Origin: Gemmatimonadaceae bacterium
GTDB taxonomy: Bacteria > Gemmatimonadota > Gemmatimonadetes > Gemmatimonadales > Gemmatimonadaceae
NCBI GenBank assembly: GCA_051859245.1
Contig: JBHYGA010000001.1
Location: 1,277,722 to 1,341,721 of the forward strand
Direction: 5' to 3'
Length of the DNA: 64,000 nt
Shown here in pieces: positions 48,001-57,131 of the stretch; within the stretch, counting starts at the first letter, position 1; each line of letters starts with the position of its first letter. The notes below the pieces were generated by a model. That model saw nothing but the letters and a program-made list of their open reading frames with translations, ran no database searches and was not told the DNA's origin. A program made the translations under genes and the position numbers.

Positions 48001-48061
48001 TGCGGTGACACCAGCGGTGAGTGGCACGGTACCCAGTTCGGGGCAGCCTTCGCCCAAGTAG
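45038..48061 (+). CDS. Secreted S9 prolyl oligopeptidase family serine peptidase
   Basis: Signal peptide, beta-propeller-like N-terminus, GQSWGGY, DGAVPW, DEHN. Confidence 0.92.
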   Translation: MQSLMVSRVAVPDTPARGRLPIRRTAPRSLRVALLALGVISILPVASAYAQSARKPITQDVYDSWRGILSPTMSRNGGWVAYTNSPGIGDGELVVRATTGGTEFKVPRGFTGRPNDRPGGGGGGFSAGAPVFSGNSQYVAALVYPTRSVVESARGDRRRAAEATRTSLAIMSLPSGQVTTLPRVRSFRLTRDGGTYLFYQPEVDSSANRAGGDSAARSATPARPAAGDSSARRAPRRETGTPLVMRTLASGEEVRIDDVTSFVLSDNERWLAYAIGEADSTKSGLYLRDLTAGTVTALRSGKARYRNMTFDREATQLAFLEAKADSVPAARASYSVYLAPLVVKKGAPIVANLSVTPSDAGTGMMIPERSRLDFTRDGSALLFAVAEPPADSIPQDSLANKAIYDLWHWQDTRLQPTQARQVGQDRNRSFTSIYHSKLRKVVRLANDSLPNVQVSDDAKLALAVTPVPYLMEQMWGEGGNDVYILDATTGARTLVAKKLERGAQLSPNARFVTWFDKDQWHAYEIATKQTRVVTEKITGVRFSQETWSTPSTPAPWGVSGWTNDDRQMLVNDRYDVWVVDPKGAVAPRRLTGGVGRAQQHVFRVESVDPEARTIDPTKPLLLSAFNDVTKASGWFRGSFTDSVPTQIVMEPKSFGNLVKARDAEQYMVTRSDYREFPDIWTGNSLTAMTKISNVMPTQDEYLRGSVELYSWISADGDSLAGLLYLPDNFDRNKKYPMVVYFYETHSDGLHGYVRPAGRNIVNPTVYNSLGYIVFMPDIKYTDGYPGPSAYKSIVPGVQSLIQRGFVDKDAIGIGGQSWGGYQTAYLVTQTNLFKAAVPNATVVNMTSAYGGIRWGTGIARSFQYETGQSRIGGSLWEYPERFIENSPLFFADRIQTPLLFMANDNDGAVPWYQGIEFFVALRRLGKEAYMVNYNGDEHNPTKRANQLDIDKKMLEFFDHHLRGAAAPEWMKRGIPYIEKGRDQIRATPAVTPAVSGTVPSSGQPSPK

Positions 48062-48096
48062 TACCCGGGGGGGCGGCATGGCTCTACTTTTGTGCC

Positions 48097-50058
48097 ATGG
48101 CTACTCGCATCGCACCTTCTGCCGCTCCTTCCGAGCCGGCCGCCCCCTGGACCGTCGCTGACGCCCGCGCTCTCTACAACATCGAAGGCTGGGGCGCCGG
48201 CTATTTCGATGTGAGTGAACGAGGCAACGTGATTGTGCGTCCGGATCCTGAAAATCCGGACGCCACCGTTGACCTGCGCGATCTGGCGCGCGATCTGGAA
48301 GAGCAGGGCATTCAGTTGCCCGTGCTGCTTCGCTTCTCGGATATTCTGCGCTCGCGCGTGGAAACGCTCAGTGAGCGTTTCGCGGCCGCGATGCGCGAGT
48401 TCGACTACGCGGGCAAGTACACGACGGTGTATCCCATCAAGGTCAACCAGCAGCGTCACGTGGTTGAAGAGATCGTGCGTTATGGCAGCGCGCACGGAGT
48501 GGGCCTCGAGTGCGGATCCAAGCCCGAGTTACAGGCGGTGCTCGGCCTGGTTGAAAGCACCGAGCAACTCATTGTGTGCAACGGGTACAAGGATCATGAG
48601 TTCATGCGACTGGCCCTGATGGGACAGAAGCTTGGACATCGTGTGTTCATCGTGCTCGAGCAGCTGAGCGAGCTCGATGTGTTGCTCGAAGTTGCTGACG
48701 AACTCGGGGTCACACCAATGGCCGGCGTGCGCATCAAGCTTGCGTCAGAAGGCGCAGGCCGATGGGCGCAGAGCGGCGGCGAAAAGAGCAAGTTCGGATT
48801 GTCGTCGGCGGAGCTCGTGAAGCTCATTGACCGACTGCAGGACATGGGACGCCTGGGCATTGTGAAGCTCATTCACTTCCACCTCGGCAGTCAGATCACC
48901 GACATTCGTTTCATCAAGTCAGGACTCGCTGAAGTTGCGCGCTTTTACGCCGAGCTGCGCAACATGGGCGTGGACATCACGCACGTGGATGTGGGCGGCG
49001 GACTCGGTGTGGACTACGACGGCACCACGTCCACGAACAACGCCAGCGTGAACTACACGTTGCAGGAATACGCGAACGACGTGGTGTACACGCTCGCCGA
49101 AGCCTGCCGCGAGCATGAGCTGCCGATGCCGCACCTGATCAGCGAATCAGGGCGTGCGCTCACCGCACATCACGCCATGTTGCTGGTCAAGGTGATCGAC
49201 GTGGAGTCGCAGGCGGCGCGTGCGCTGCCTACGCTGACCGACGACGATCATTCATTGCTGCACGAGATGTACGAGGATCTGCGCACCATCAGCGAACGCA
49301 ATCCCCGTCCGCGCAAGGTGCTCGAAGTCTTTCACGATGCCACTTTCGACAAGGATCGTGCGCGCAACTATTTCAACTCAGGCGTGCTCACGTTGCGCCA
49401 GTTGGCAACCGCCGAGTTGATCTGGCTGGCCACCATGAACGCGATCTATCCGATTGCGCAGGCTGATGCCGAAACCTACGCCGATATTGTGCGCGAGCTG
49501 CAGTCTTCCCTGTGCGACCGCTACTTCCTGAACTTCTCGCTCTTTCAATCGTTGCCCGACTCGTGGGCTATTGATCAGCTGTTCCCCATCATGCCTATTC
49601 ATCGGCTTGATGAGCAGCCGTTGCGCCATGGGACATTGCAGGACGTGACGTGCGATTCCGATGGCAAGATCGACAAGTTTGTGGGTGACAAACACGGTCG
49701 GCCGGCGCTGGAGTTGCATGAGTTCCGCGATGGTGAAGACTATATTCTCGGAATTTTCCTCACCGGCGCGTACCAGGAGATCCTGGGCGACTTGCACAAC
49801 CTGTTCGGCGATACGAATGCGGTGCATGTCATGCTGACGCCGGATGGTCGCTATGAAATCAACGATCTGGTTGAGGGTGACACGGTCACCGAAGTGCTGA
49901 ACTATGTGCAGTTCGGCGCGTCGCAACTTCTGGCAACATTCCGTCGTAAGGTGAATGCAGCCACGGGGCTCACACGCGAAGAGGCGAATGCGTTTATCGC
50001 TGATTACGTGGCCGGACTCGAAGGCTATACGTACCTCGAAGGCGAGGCGGCGCGCTGA
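48097..50058 (+). CDS. speA: Biosynthetic arginine decarboxylase
   Basis: YNIEGWGAGYF, YPIKVNQ, GLECGSKPEL, HFHLGSQI, DVGGGLGVDYDG, ESGRA, TCDSDG, GYTYL. Confidence 0.97.
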   Translation: MATRIAPSAAPSEPAAPWTVADARALYNIEGWGAGYFDVSERGNVIVRPDPENPDATVDLRDLARDLEEQGIQLPVLLRFSDILRSRVETLSERFAAAMREFDYAGKYTTVYPIKVNQQRHVVEEIVRYGSAHGVGLECGSKPELQAVLGLVESTEQLIVCNGYKDHEFMRLALMGQKLGHRVFIVLEQLSELDVLLEVADELGVTPMAGVRIKLASEGAGRWAQSGGEKSKFGLSSAELVKLIDRLQDMGRLGIVKLIHFHLGSQITDIRFIKSGLAEVARFYAELRNMGVDITHVDVGGGLGVDYDGTTSTNNASVNYTLQEYANDVVYTLAEACREHELPMPHLISESGRALTAHHAMLLVKVIDVESQAARALPTLTDDDHSLLHEMYEDLRTISERNPRPRKVLEVFHDATFDKDRARNYFNSGVLTLRQLATAELIWLATMNAIYPIAQADAETYADIVRELQSSLCDRYFLNFSLFQSLPDSWAIDQLFPIMPIHRLDEQPLRHGTLQDVTCDSDGKIDKFVGDKHGRPALELHEFRDGEDYILGIFLTGAYQEILGDLHNLFGDTNAVHVMLTPDGRYEINDLVEGDTVTEVLNYVQFGASQLLATFRRKVNAATGLTREEANAFIADYVAGLEGYTYLEGEAAR

Positions 50059-50107
50059 GGCGAGTCGCGCGTCTGAGCGTTTCCGCTTTCTCAGCCAGGA
50101 GAACATC

Positions 50108-50827
50108 GTGACCGAAGTTGCCACACCTGCCTCGGGCAGTTTGCTCGACGATCTGCTGGAAATCTTCGTCGCACCGTCAAAGGTGTTCGAACGGCGACGG
50201 AACAGCGGCTACGGCATGTTGCTGCTCACGCTGGTGATTCTGTTGGTGTTGATCAGCGTTGCGACAATGAGTCTCACCGCGCCGTACTGGGACGCCCAGT
50301 TCGATATGGGCGCGAAGCTTGCCGCGGCGAAGGGAGAGCCGCTGCCGGCCGAAGCAACCGGGCCAATGGCCCGCACGGCCGGTCGATGGTTTGGTGTGCT
50401 TGGCGGCGTGATTTACGTGCCGATCATGGTGTGGCTCGGCGGGTTGTTTGTGATGATCAGTTCGAAGATTGCCGGCGCGAATGTGAGCTACAAGCAGGGT
50501 ACGCTCATCACCACGTTGGCCTTCTTCCCGCGACTGCTGGCGCCGATCATCATGTCGGTTCAGAGTTTGATGGTGTCGCCAGAGAGCATTCGCAGTTTCA
50601 GCGATGGCGCCGTCGGACTTGCTCGCCTCGTCGACCCGCTCACCACCAATCCGATTCTGTTGAGCGTGCTCACCAACTTCGAACTGACGAACCTCTGGTC
50701 GTTCGCGCTGGTGGCGATTGGGATTCGTGTAATCGGCAGGGTCACCATGGGCACCGCGATGTTTGCCATGGCTCTCTCGTTTGCCTTCACGCTCGCACTG
50801 GCGCTGATTCCCGCCGCGTTGATGTAG
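50108..50827 (+). CDS. YIP1-family membrane protein
   Basis: IFVAPSKVFE followed by about 5 TM helices; AGGAG SD before GTG 50108. Confidence 0.8.
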   Translation: MTEVATPASGSLLDDLLEIFVAPSKVFERRRNSGYGMLLLTLVILLVLISVATMSLTAPYWDAQFDMGAKLAAAKGEPLPAEATGPMARTAGRWFGVLGGVIYVPIMVWLGGLFVMISSKIAGANVSYKQGTLITTLAFFPRLLAPIIMSVQSLMVSPESIRSFSDGAVGLARLVDPLTTNPILLSVLTNFELTNLWSFALVAIGIRVIGRVTMGTAMFAMALSFAFTLALALIPAALM

Positions 50828-50850
50828 CTCAGCAACGCTGGCGAACAACA

Positions 50851-50883
50851 ACGGGCCCGATCGCACAACGCGATCGGGCCCGT
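50851..50883. terminator. 14-bp stem hairpin between convergent YIP1 and sodA
   Basis: ACGGGCCCGATCGC-acaac-GCGATCGGGCCCGT. Confidence 0.75.
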
Positions 50884-50926
50884 CTTGCGTAACACACGAA
50901 TGCATTACGTGTACTGCGCCGCGCGT

Positions 50927-51538
50927 TTACACAATGCTCTTGGCGTAGTGCGCGGTGACCTCATTCCAGTTCACCACATTCCACCACGCGCCCACATAAT
51001 CTGCGCGACGATTCTGATAGTTCAGGTAGTACGCATGCTCCCACACATCAAGGCCGAGAATCGCCGTCTTGCCTTCCATGAGGGGATTGTCCTGATTGGC
51101 GCTGCTTTCAATGGTGAGGGCACCACGATCGGATACCAGCCACGCCCAACCAGAACCAAAGCGACCCATGGCCGCCGCCTGAAACTTCTCGCGGAACGTG
51201 GCAAAATCGCCGAACGCCTTGGCGATCGCTGCGGCCACATCACCCGTGGGCTCGCCACCCGCGTTCGGCGCCATGAGCGTCCAGAACAGTGCGTGGTTCC
51301 AGTGTCCGCCGCCGTTGTTGCGCACCGCGGTACGAATCGACTCCGGCACGGCATTCAGGTCACGCAACAGATCGTCGAGCGACTTGCCGGCGAGCTCCGG
51401 CGCTTTCTCAAGCGCGGCGTTCAGGTTCGTCACGTACGCCTGATGGTGCTTGCCATGGTGGATCTCCATGGTCTTGGCATCGATGTGCGGCGCCAGCGCG
51501 TCGAAGGCGTACGGCAATGCGGGCAACGTATGAGCCAT
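50927..51538 (-). CDS. sodA: Superoxide dismutase (Mn-type signature)
   Basis: [35 protein letters not shown]. Confidence 0.95.
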   Translation of the reverse strand: MAHTLPALPYAFDALAPHIDAKTMEIHHGKHHQAYVTNLNAALEKAPELAGKSLDDLLRDLNAVPESIRTAVRNNGGGHWNHALFWTLMAPNAGGEPTGDVAAAIAKAFGDFATFREKFQAAAMGRFGSGWAWLVSDRGALTIESSANQDNPLMEGKTAILGLDVWEHAYYLNYQNRRADYVGAWWNVVNWNEVTAHYAKSIV

Positions 51539-51616
51539 GATTCCTTTATCTCCCAGAAAGTTGAACAATGATCACGCTGTTTGTCACGCCGACGGGTGAC
51601 ATGCAGCGCGTGCCAG

Positions 51617-52258
51617 TTATGCGGGCGATGAACCCGGTCGTGAACGCTCACGCAGCCAGGCAATGATGCCCGGTAGAATCGAAAGAAAAATTACCACCAG
51701 AATGACTTTCTCGATGTGCTGATCAATGCCAGGCACCCAGCGACCGAGAAAGTATCCCGTGAACAACATGCTCCAGACCCAGAGTACGCCACCAACCACG
51801 TTGTAGGCGAGAAACGATCGATACTGCATTTGCCCAACGCCCGCTACAACCGGCGCGAACGTTCGAATGATTGGTACAAATCGCGCAATTATGATGGTCT
51901 TGCCGCCGTGCTTTTCGTAGAACGCCTGCGCCTTCAACAAATGGGCGCGCCGAAACAGCAACGACTCCTCTCGCGTGAAAATGCGGGGGCCGGACAGCTT
52001 GCCAATGTGATACCCCACCGTGTCGCCAACGATCGCCGCAATTGTCAGGAGTAGGCCGAGCAAATACACGTTCAGACCGAACTCCGGCTGCGACGCCAGC
52101 AGGCCGGCTGTCACGAGTAATGAATCACCGGGAAGAAAAAACCCGATCAGCAGACCCGTCTCTGTAAAAATGATCGCCGTGAGCCCGACGTAACCGGCCC
52201 ACTGCACGAGCGCCGGAAGATCGCGCAGGCGATTGAAAAAATCAGTGAGAAAATCCAC
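51617..52258 (-). CDS. dedA: DedA/VTT family membrane protein
   Basis: FTETGLLIGFFLPGDSLL, HGGKTIIIARFVPIIRTFAP. Confidence 0.93.
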   Translation of the reverse strand: MDFLTDFFNRLRDLPALVQWAGYVGLTAIIFTETGLLIGFFLPGDSLLVTAGLLASQPEFGLNVYLLGLLLTIAAIVGDTVGYHIGKLSGPRIFTREESLLFRRAHLLKAQAFYEKHGGKTIIIARFVPIIRTFAPVVAGVGQMQYRSFLAYNVVGGVLWVWSMLFTGYFLGRWVPGIDQHIEKVILVVIFLSILPGIIAWLRERSRPGSSPA

Positions 52259-52424
52259 AAGCGTTGGGCTGGGGGCAGAGGCGTGTCACGACGGGCGCGT
52301 GGCACAACGCTCAGAAGGCTTCGTGAGAAAGCTTGACGCCGGGCGCGCGTGGGTCAACGTCTCCCGCCACATGCGACAATCAAAACTCGTGACCTCGTGC
52401 CGTCCGAACGCTAGTTTGCCCCAT

Positions 52425-55343
52425 GTGAACTCTCCTGACGGCATCCGGCTCGACGTGCATGTGGTGGCCCACACCCACTGGGATCGTGAGTGGTATCACG
52501 CGGCGCCGAGGTTCAGGCAGCGCCTGGTGTCGCTCGTGGGATCGTTGCTCGCGAAGGCCCCGGACGCCTCTCGCCCGTTCCTGCTCGATGGACAAGCCGT
52601 CGTCCTCGAAGACGTGCTCGCGGTGCACCCGGAGTGGGAATCGGCGCTCTGGGAGCATCTATCTGCCGGTGCCCTCGAGGCTGGTCCGTGGTACGTGCTC
52701 GCGGATGAACTGATTCCGAGCGGCGAGGCGCTCGTGCGCAACTTGCTCGCGGGGCGTCGGGTGCTGGCGCGATTCGGCGCCACGCCGCCCGCCGTGTGCT
52801 ACTCGCCTGATTCGTTCGGACACCCGGCAATGTTACCGGCAGTCGCGCGAGGTTTTGGGCTTCGTGTCGCCGTGCTGTGGCGGGGCTATGGTAGCGCTCG
52901 CTGGCCCGCCGGGGACAGCGTACGCTGGCAGGCGCCCGATGGGAGTGAAATCCCGCTCTGGCACCTGCCACGGGATGGATACGAGTATGGCAGCGCGCTC
53001 CCAACGAACGCCGATCAGGCCATGCAGCGTTGGCAGCGTCTTCATGATGAGTTGTCTGCACGAGCAACCACCGGTGTCGTGTTGCTGACGAACGGCGCGG
53101 ATCATCACGCGATGCAGCTATCGCTCGACGACGCGATCGTCGCGCTGATGAACTCGGCGCAACGCGACGGTACACAGGTGCGGCGTTCGTCGCTGGCCGC
53201 GTGGGCACGCGCTTTCGAATCAGCCGCGGCGAACAACCCGTTGCCCGTGACCAGCGGTGAACTCCGAGATTCGTACGGCTTCACGTGGACGCTGCAAGGC
53301 ACGTTGGCTACGCGCGCCTGGCAGAAGCGTGCAGTATCACGAGCCGACGTATTGCTGCGCTGGGATGTCGAACCCTGGATCGCCTTGGCCGATCTTCAAT
53401 CTGGCAACACCTCGCAGCACGGCCTGCTGCACGCGGCGTGGAAGACATTTCTGCGCACGCTGCCGCACGACACACTGTGCGGATGTTCGATCGACAGCGT
53501 GGCGCGAGCGCTCAACGCGCGCGTGGAGTCGGTACGCACGCAATCTGCTGGTCTTCGCGTAAGTGCACTCGATGTACTGCACCACCGAAACGCGAGTGAA
53601 GCAAGAGAGCGCGCCGTTGACGCGTGGTCGCCACGTTTGCTCGTACGCAATCGGACCACGCGCGCGCGCTGGGGCGTGGCACACGCGGAGCTGTGCACCA
53701 CAATCGGCGATGTGCGGGTTGGACCGGGCAGTAACTTGTCCGAGTATCCGACCACGCACCGTCTGCCGTTGTTGCGGGATGTTCCCGGGGGCCTGGTGGT
53801 GCAACCGCTGCGTGCACGGCTTCGCCACGAACGGCGCGAATCGCCGCACCACTACCCCGACGATGACGTGGTGCATGCGTTGCGCGCGCTGGTGTGGATT
53901 CCCGAGCGTGAAGCGATCCCGGCAATCGGCACGCGCAGTTGGCCAATGCGTCGCCACGCCGCGGGACCTGAAACACCGACCACTCACACCGCGGCGTCTC
54001 ACGCCGCGGCCGCTGACGCAGCGGCGACTGACGCAGCGGCGACCGACGCGGCTGGCGGCACTACGGCGGAGCACAGTCCGTTCGTGACGGTGCAGCGCGA
54101 CGCGAATGTCGTGCAGCTGCAGAACGCGCGCCTTCATGTGACCGTCGGCGGTGGTCGTGTCTCACTGCACGACACGGCCACTGGCCGTACAATCAGCAAT
54201 CTGCTCCAACTCACATGGCAGCGTGACATTGGTGACGCGTACACCTCCGCACCACGTGGTCCGGTGCTGCCGGCATCGATCGGTCGACCCCGCATCCGCG
54301 CTCGCGGTCCGTTGCGCGCGGTCGTTGACGTGCCCATGCGATTGCTCGTGCCACACCGCGCCGTCACACCAGATCTGCACTTCGCCAGTGAAGCACAGCA
54401 CGAGTCGGTTGGGCATGGTGATACGCCAAGCGAACACGCGTTGGCGAACGATTCGCCGTTGTTGCGGCCACTGCGGGCCAGACTTGTGCTTTCGCTCGAC
54501 GCGGGGGCTTCTCGCCTCGATGTACGCGTTGTGGCAGACGACCGCGCGCCCGATCACCGGTTGTGTTTACGTATCGCAACGGCTCAGCCTGGATCCCGCG
54601 TCTTCGCCGATGCAGCATTTGCTGCCGTGGAGCGCGTGCCAGTGGAGCTCTCGGCGAACGAAGAACTGATGGAGCACGCAACGTCGTGCGCGCCGCTGCA
54701 TCGGTGGGTTGCTCGGACCGATGCGTTGCACACCACGTGCGTGATCAGTGACGGGCTCGCCGAGTATGAGGCGTTCGAGAACGGCGACCTGGCGATTACG
54801 CTTGTGCGTGCCACCGGCGAGCTGTCTCGGGCCAACTTGCCAGAACGTCCCGGTCATGCCGGTTGGCCGGCGCCGATTCCAGAGGCACAGGGTCCCGGGC
54901 GAATACAGGCCAACTTTGCGGTGTGTACCATGCCACGGTACAGCGTGCTGGATATTGAACACATGGCCGACGATGTGCTGCGTCCGCTCGTCGCTCACAC
55001 GTGGCGCGACGCACCGCCTGAGGCGCCATCACTCGTGCGCGGCGTCTCGCTCAGCGGCGATGGAATCGTTGCGTCCGCGATCAAACCGGCAGAAGACGGC
55101 AATGGCATCATCCTGCGCGCCCTGAACGTGCACAGTGAAACGCGCGAAGCGGTGTGGTGTTTGCCACACAAGGATCTGCGTGTGTGGTCTGTCCGGCTTG
55201 ACGAATCCGCAGACAAATCGGCAGACGATTCTGAGCCACGCCTGAGCGTCGCCAATGACGTTACCGAAATTCGTGTCTCCGTTTCGCCACGGGCGATCAG
55301 TTCGCTGCGTGTTCTGCGCTTGCCCGTGAACCCGTCTGCATAA
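52425..55343 (+). CDS. GH38 alpha-mannosidase-like hydrolase, no signal peptide
   Basis: HTHWDREWY, FLLDGQ, GPWY, PDSFGH (nucleophile region), NGADH, PHDTLCGCS. Start uncertain (52371/52425). Confidence 0.9.
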   Translation: MNSPDGIRLDVHVVAHTHWDREWYHAAPRFRQRLVSLVGSLLAKAPDASRPFLLDGQAVVLEDVLAVHPEWESALWEHLSAGALEAGPWYVLADELIPSGEALVRNLLAGRRVLARFGATPPAVCYSPDSFGHPAMLPAVARGFGLRVAVLWRGYGSARWPAGDSVRWQAPDGSEIPLWHLPRDGYEYGSALPTNADQAMQRWQRLHDELSARATTGVVLLTNGADHHAMQLSLDDAIVALMNSAQRDGTQVRRSSLAAWARAFESAAANNPLPVTSGELRDSYGFTWTLQGTLATRAWQKRAVSRADVLLRWDVEPWIALADLQSGNTSQHGLLHAAWKTFLRTLPHDTLCGCSIDSVARALNARVESVRTQSAGLRVSALDVLHHRNASEARERAVDAWSPRLLVRNRTTRARWGVAHAELCTTIGDVRVGPGSNLSEYPTTHRLPLLRDVPGGLVVQPLRARLRHERRESPHHYPDDDVVHALRALVWIPEREAIPAIGTRSWPMRRHAAGPETPTTHTAASHAAAADAAATDAAATDAAGGTTAEHSPFVTVQRDANVVQLQNARLHVTVGGGRVSLHDTATGRTISNLLQLTWQRDIGDAYTSAPRGPVLPASIGRPRIRARGPLRAVVDVPMRLLVPHRAVTPDLHFASEAQHESVGHGDTPSEHALANDSPLLRPLRARLVLSLDAGASRLDVRVVADDRAPDHRLCLRIATAQPGSRVFADAAFAAVERVPVELSANEELMEHATSCAPLHRWVARTDALHTTCVISDGLAEYEAFENGDLAITLVRATGELSRANLPERPGHAGWPAPIPEAQGPGRIQANFAVCTMPRYSVLDIEHMADDVLRPLVAHTWRDAPPEAPSLVRGVSLSGDGIVASAIKPAEDGNGIILRALNVHSETREAVWCLPHKDLRVWSVRLDESADKSADDSEPRLSVANDVTEIRVSVSPRAISSLRVLRLPVNPSA
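53983..54057 (+). repeat. In-frame 15-bp tandem repeat, about 5 units, inside GH38
   Basis: CTGACGCAGCGGCGA x2 exact plus three degenerate units; encodes THTAA SHAAA ADAAA TDAAA TDAAG. Confidence 0.85.
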
Positions 55344-56145
55344 GCGCATCGCCAATCAGCGTGCAGGCGATCACGGTCAGGATCAGCGCGAGTCCTGGCG
55401 CGAGCGCAATCCACGGTGCGATCAGGAGCCACTCGCGACCGCCGGCAATCATGTTGCCCCAGCTCGGAGCCGGTGGCTGAATACCGAGTCCAAGAAACGA
55501 AAGGCCGCTTTCGAGCAGGATGGCGTTGCCAACGCCAAGCGTGATCGCCACAATCGCCGCGCCGATGGCGTTCGGCAGAACATGTTTGCCGAGCAGTCGG
55601 ATGGACGGTACGCCGAGTGCGGTTGCCGCTTCAACGTATGGCTGCGAACGTACCCCCAGCACATCCGCGCGCACCAGGCGTGCCACGCCCATCCAGCCGG
55701 TAAGCGCCAGTACAATCACAACGGTTGAAAGTCCTGGCCCCCACAGCGCCGCAATCACCAGCAACAATACAAGACGTGGAATCGCGAGCAGCGTGTCGCC
55801 CAGCGCGAGCAGCACGCGGTCAACGGTGCCGCCAATCCACGCGCCGAACGCACCGAGCAGTACACCTAAGGTACCCGCGAGCAGCGCACCCGCAACGCCA
55901 ACGGCGAGCGATAAACGAGCCGCAATCCACACGCGTGCCATTACGTCGCGTCCGAACGCATCGGTGCCCAACACGTGCACTCCACCCTCAACCCCTCGTG
56001 CGAACGGAGGCTTGAGGCGTGTTGCCATCACGTCATTGATCGACACCGGATCACCCGGACTCAGCCACGGCCCAACGATTGCGCCGAGTACCAGTGCACC
56101 AAGAATCAGCGCGCCGGCGCGTATCCGGTTCGCGTTGCGACTCAT
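55297..56145 (-). CDS. Peptide/nickel-type ABC permease (DppC/OppC-like)
   Basis: LGTDAFGRD, YVEAATALG, KHVLPN, ESGLSFLGLG..PP.PSWG. Confidence 0.92.
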   Translation of the reverse strand: MSRNANRIRAGALILGALVLGAIVGPWLSPGDPVSINDVMATRLKPPFARGVEGGVHVLGTDAFGRDVMARVWIAARLSLAVGVAGALLAGTLGVLLGAFGAWIGGTVDRVLLALGDTLLAIPRLVLLLVIAALWGPGLSTVVIVLALTGWMGVARLVRADVLGVRSQPYVEAATALGVPSIRLLGKHVLPNAIGAAIVAITLGVGNAILLESGLSFLGLGIQPPAPSWGNMIAGGREWLLIAPWIALAPGLALILTVIACTLIGDALMQTGSRASAEHAAN

Positions 56146-57128
56146 GCGGCGCGCCGCCTTGGATCAAGCGATTGCACGATCACATCAGCCAAGAGGTTCG
56201 ACAGAATCACCACGGCTGCATACAACACAGTGAGTGCAAGTACCACGGGATAATCACGCGTTGCAATAGACTGTAGCATGGTGCGACCAAGGCCTGGCCA
56301 CGCAAACACCTGCTCAACAAATACCGAGCCAGCCACCACGCCGGGCAGCGCCAATCCGACCAACACCACAATCGGCGAAATCGCGTTACGCACCACGTAG
56401 CGTGAGCGCACCGCACGAAACGGCACACCTCGCGCTGCCGCGGCTTGCACGTGCGGCGCGCGCCATGCGTCGGCCACGGCACCACGTGCGTACCGCGCAA
56501 TGGCGGCAGCGCCGGTAAGCGTGAGCACGAGCAACGGGAGCACGGCATGCCGCGCGACATCAACAATCGCGGGCCATCCGGATAACGTCGCCGATGGCGT
56601 GTGTACGCCGAACGCCGGCAAGCGCATCCAGGCCGGCGCCCCGAGAACGGCCGGCCCGCTGGTTGCGATGACTAGCAGCGCGAGTGCCAGCCAGAAGCTC
56701 GGTGCGGCGTATAACGCAGCGGTTAAAACAGAGACCGCGGTATCGCCGCGCGAGTTCAGACGCCGCGCTTGCCAGCTCCCGATGGCCACGCCAACGACCA
56801 CGCTGAGGGCGAGCGAAACACCCCCGAGCAGGAGTGAGAGAGGCAGCGCGTCCGCAATCACGCGCGACACGGGTTGCGAAAGGGCCAGGCTGGTGCCGAG
56901 ATCGCCACGCAGCAAGCCGCCCAGCCATCGCGCATATTGCTCGGTGAGGGAGCCGTCGAGGCCAAAGAGCGCGCGCTGCCGGGCAATTTCTTCGGCCGTC
57001 GCACTTGGCGAGACCAGAAGCGACGCCGGATCACCCGGCGCGAAATGGATCAGGAGAAACGTGAGCGTCGCAACGAGCCAGAGCAGTAACGCGGCATCGA
57101 GCAATCGGGGGAGTAGGTGTCGCACCAC
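56142..57128 (-). CDS. Peptide/nickel-type ABC permease (DppB/OppB-like)
   Basis: APGDP, GDLGTS, HAVLP, RNA, VEQVFAWPGLG, RDYP, DPR; ATGA overlap with the dppC-like gene. Confidence 0.92.
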   Translation of the reverse strand: MVRHLLPRLLDAALLLWLVATLTFLLIHFAPGDPASLLVSPSATAEEIARQRALFGLDGSLTEQYARWLGGLLRGDLGTSLALSQPVSRVIADALPLSLLLGGVSLALSVVVGVAIGSWQARRLNSRGDTAVSVLTAALYAAPSFWLALALLVIATSGPAVLGAPAWMRLPAFGVHTPSATLSGWPAIVDVARHAVLPLLVLTLTGAAAIARYARGAVADAWRAPHVQAAAARGVPFRAVRSRYVVRNAISPIVVLVGLALPGVVAGSVFVEQVFAWPGLGRTMLQSIATRDYPVVLALTVLYAAVVILSNLLADVIVQSLDPRRRAA

Positions 57129-57131
57129 GTG

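Noticed and set aside
52333..52357. TTGAC...GTCAA inverted pair between dedA and GH38
   Set aside because: Spacing does not fit an FNR/CRP site, and no matching -10 at the proper distance.
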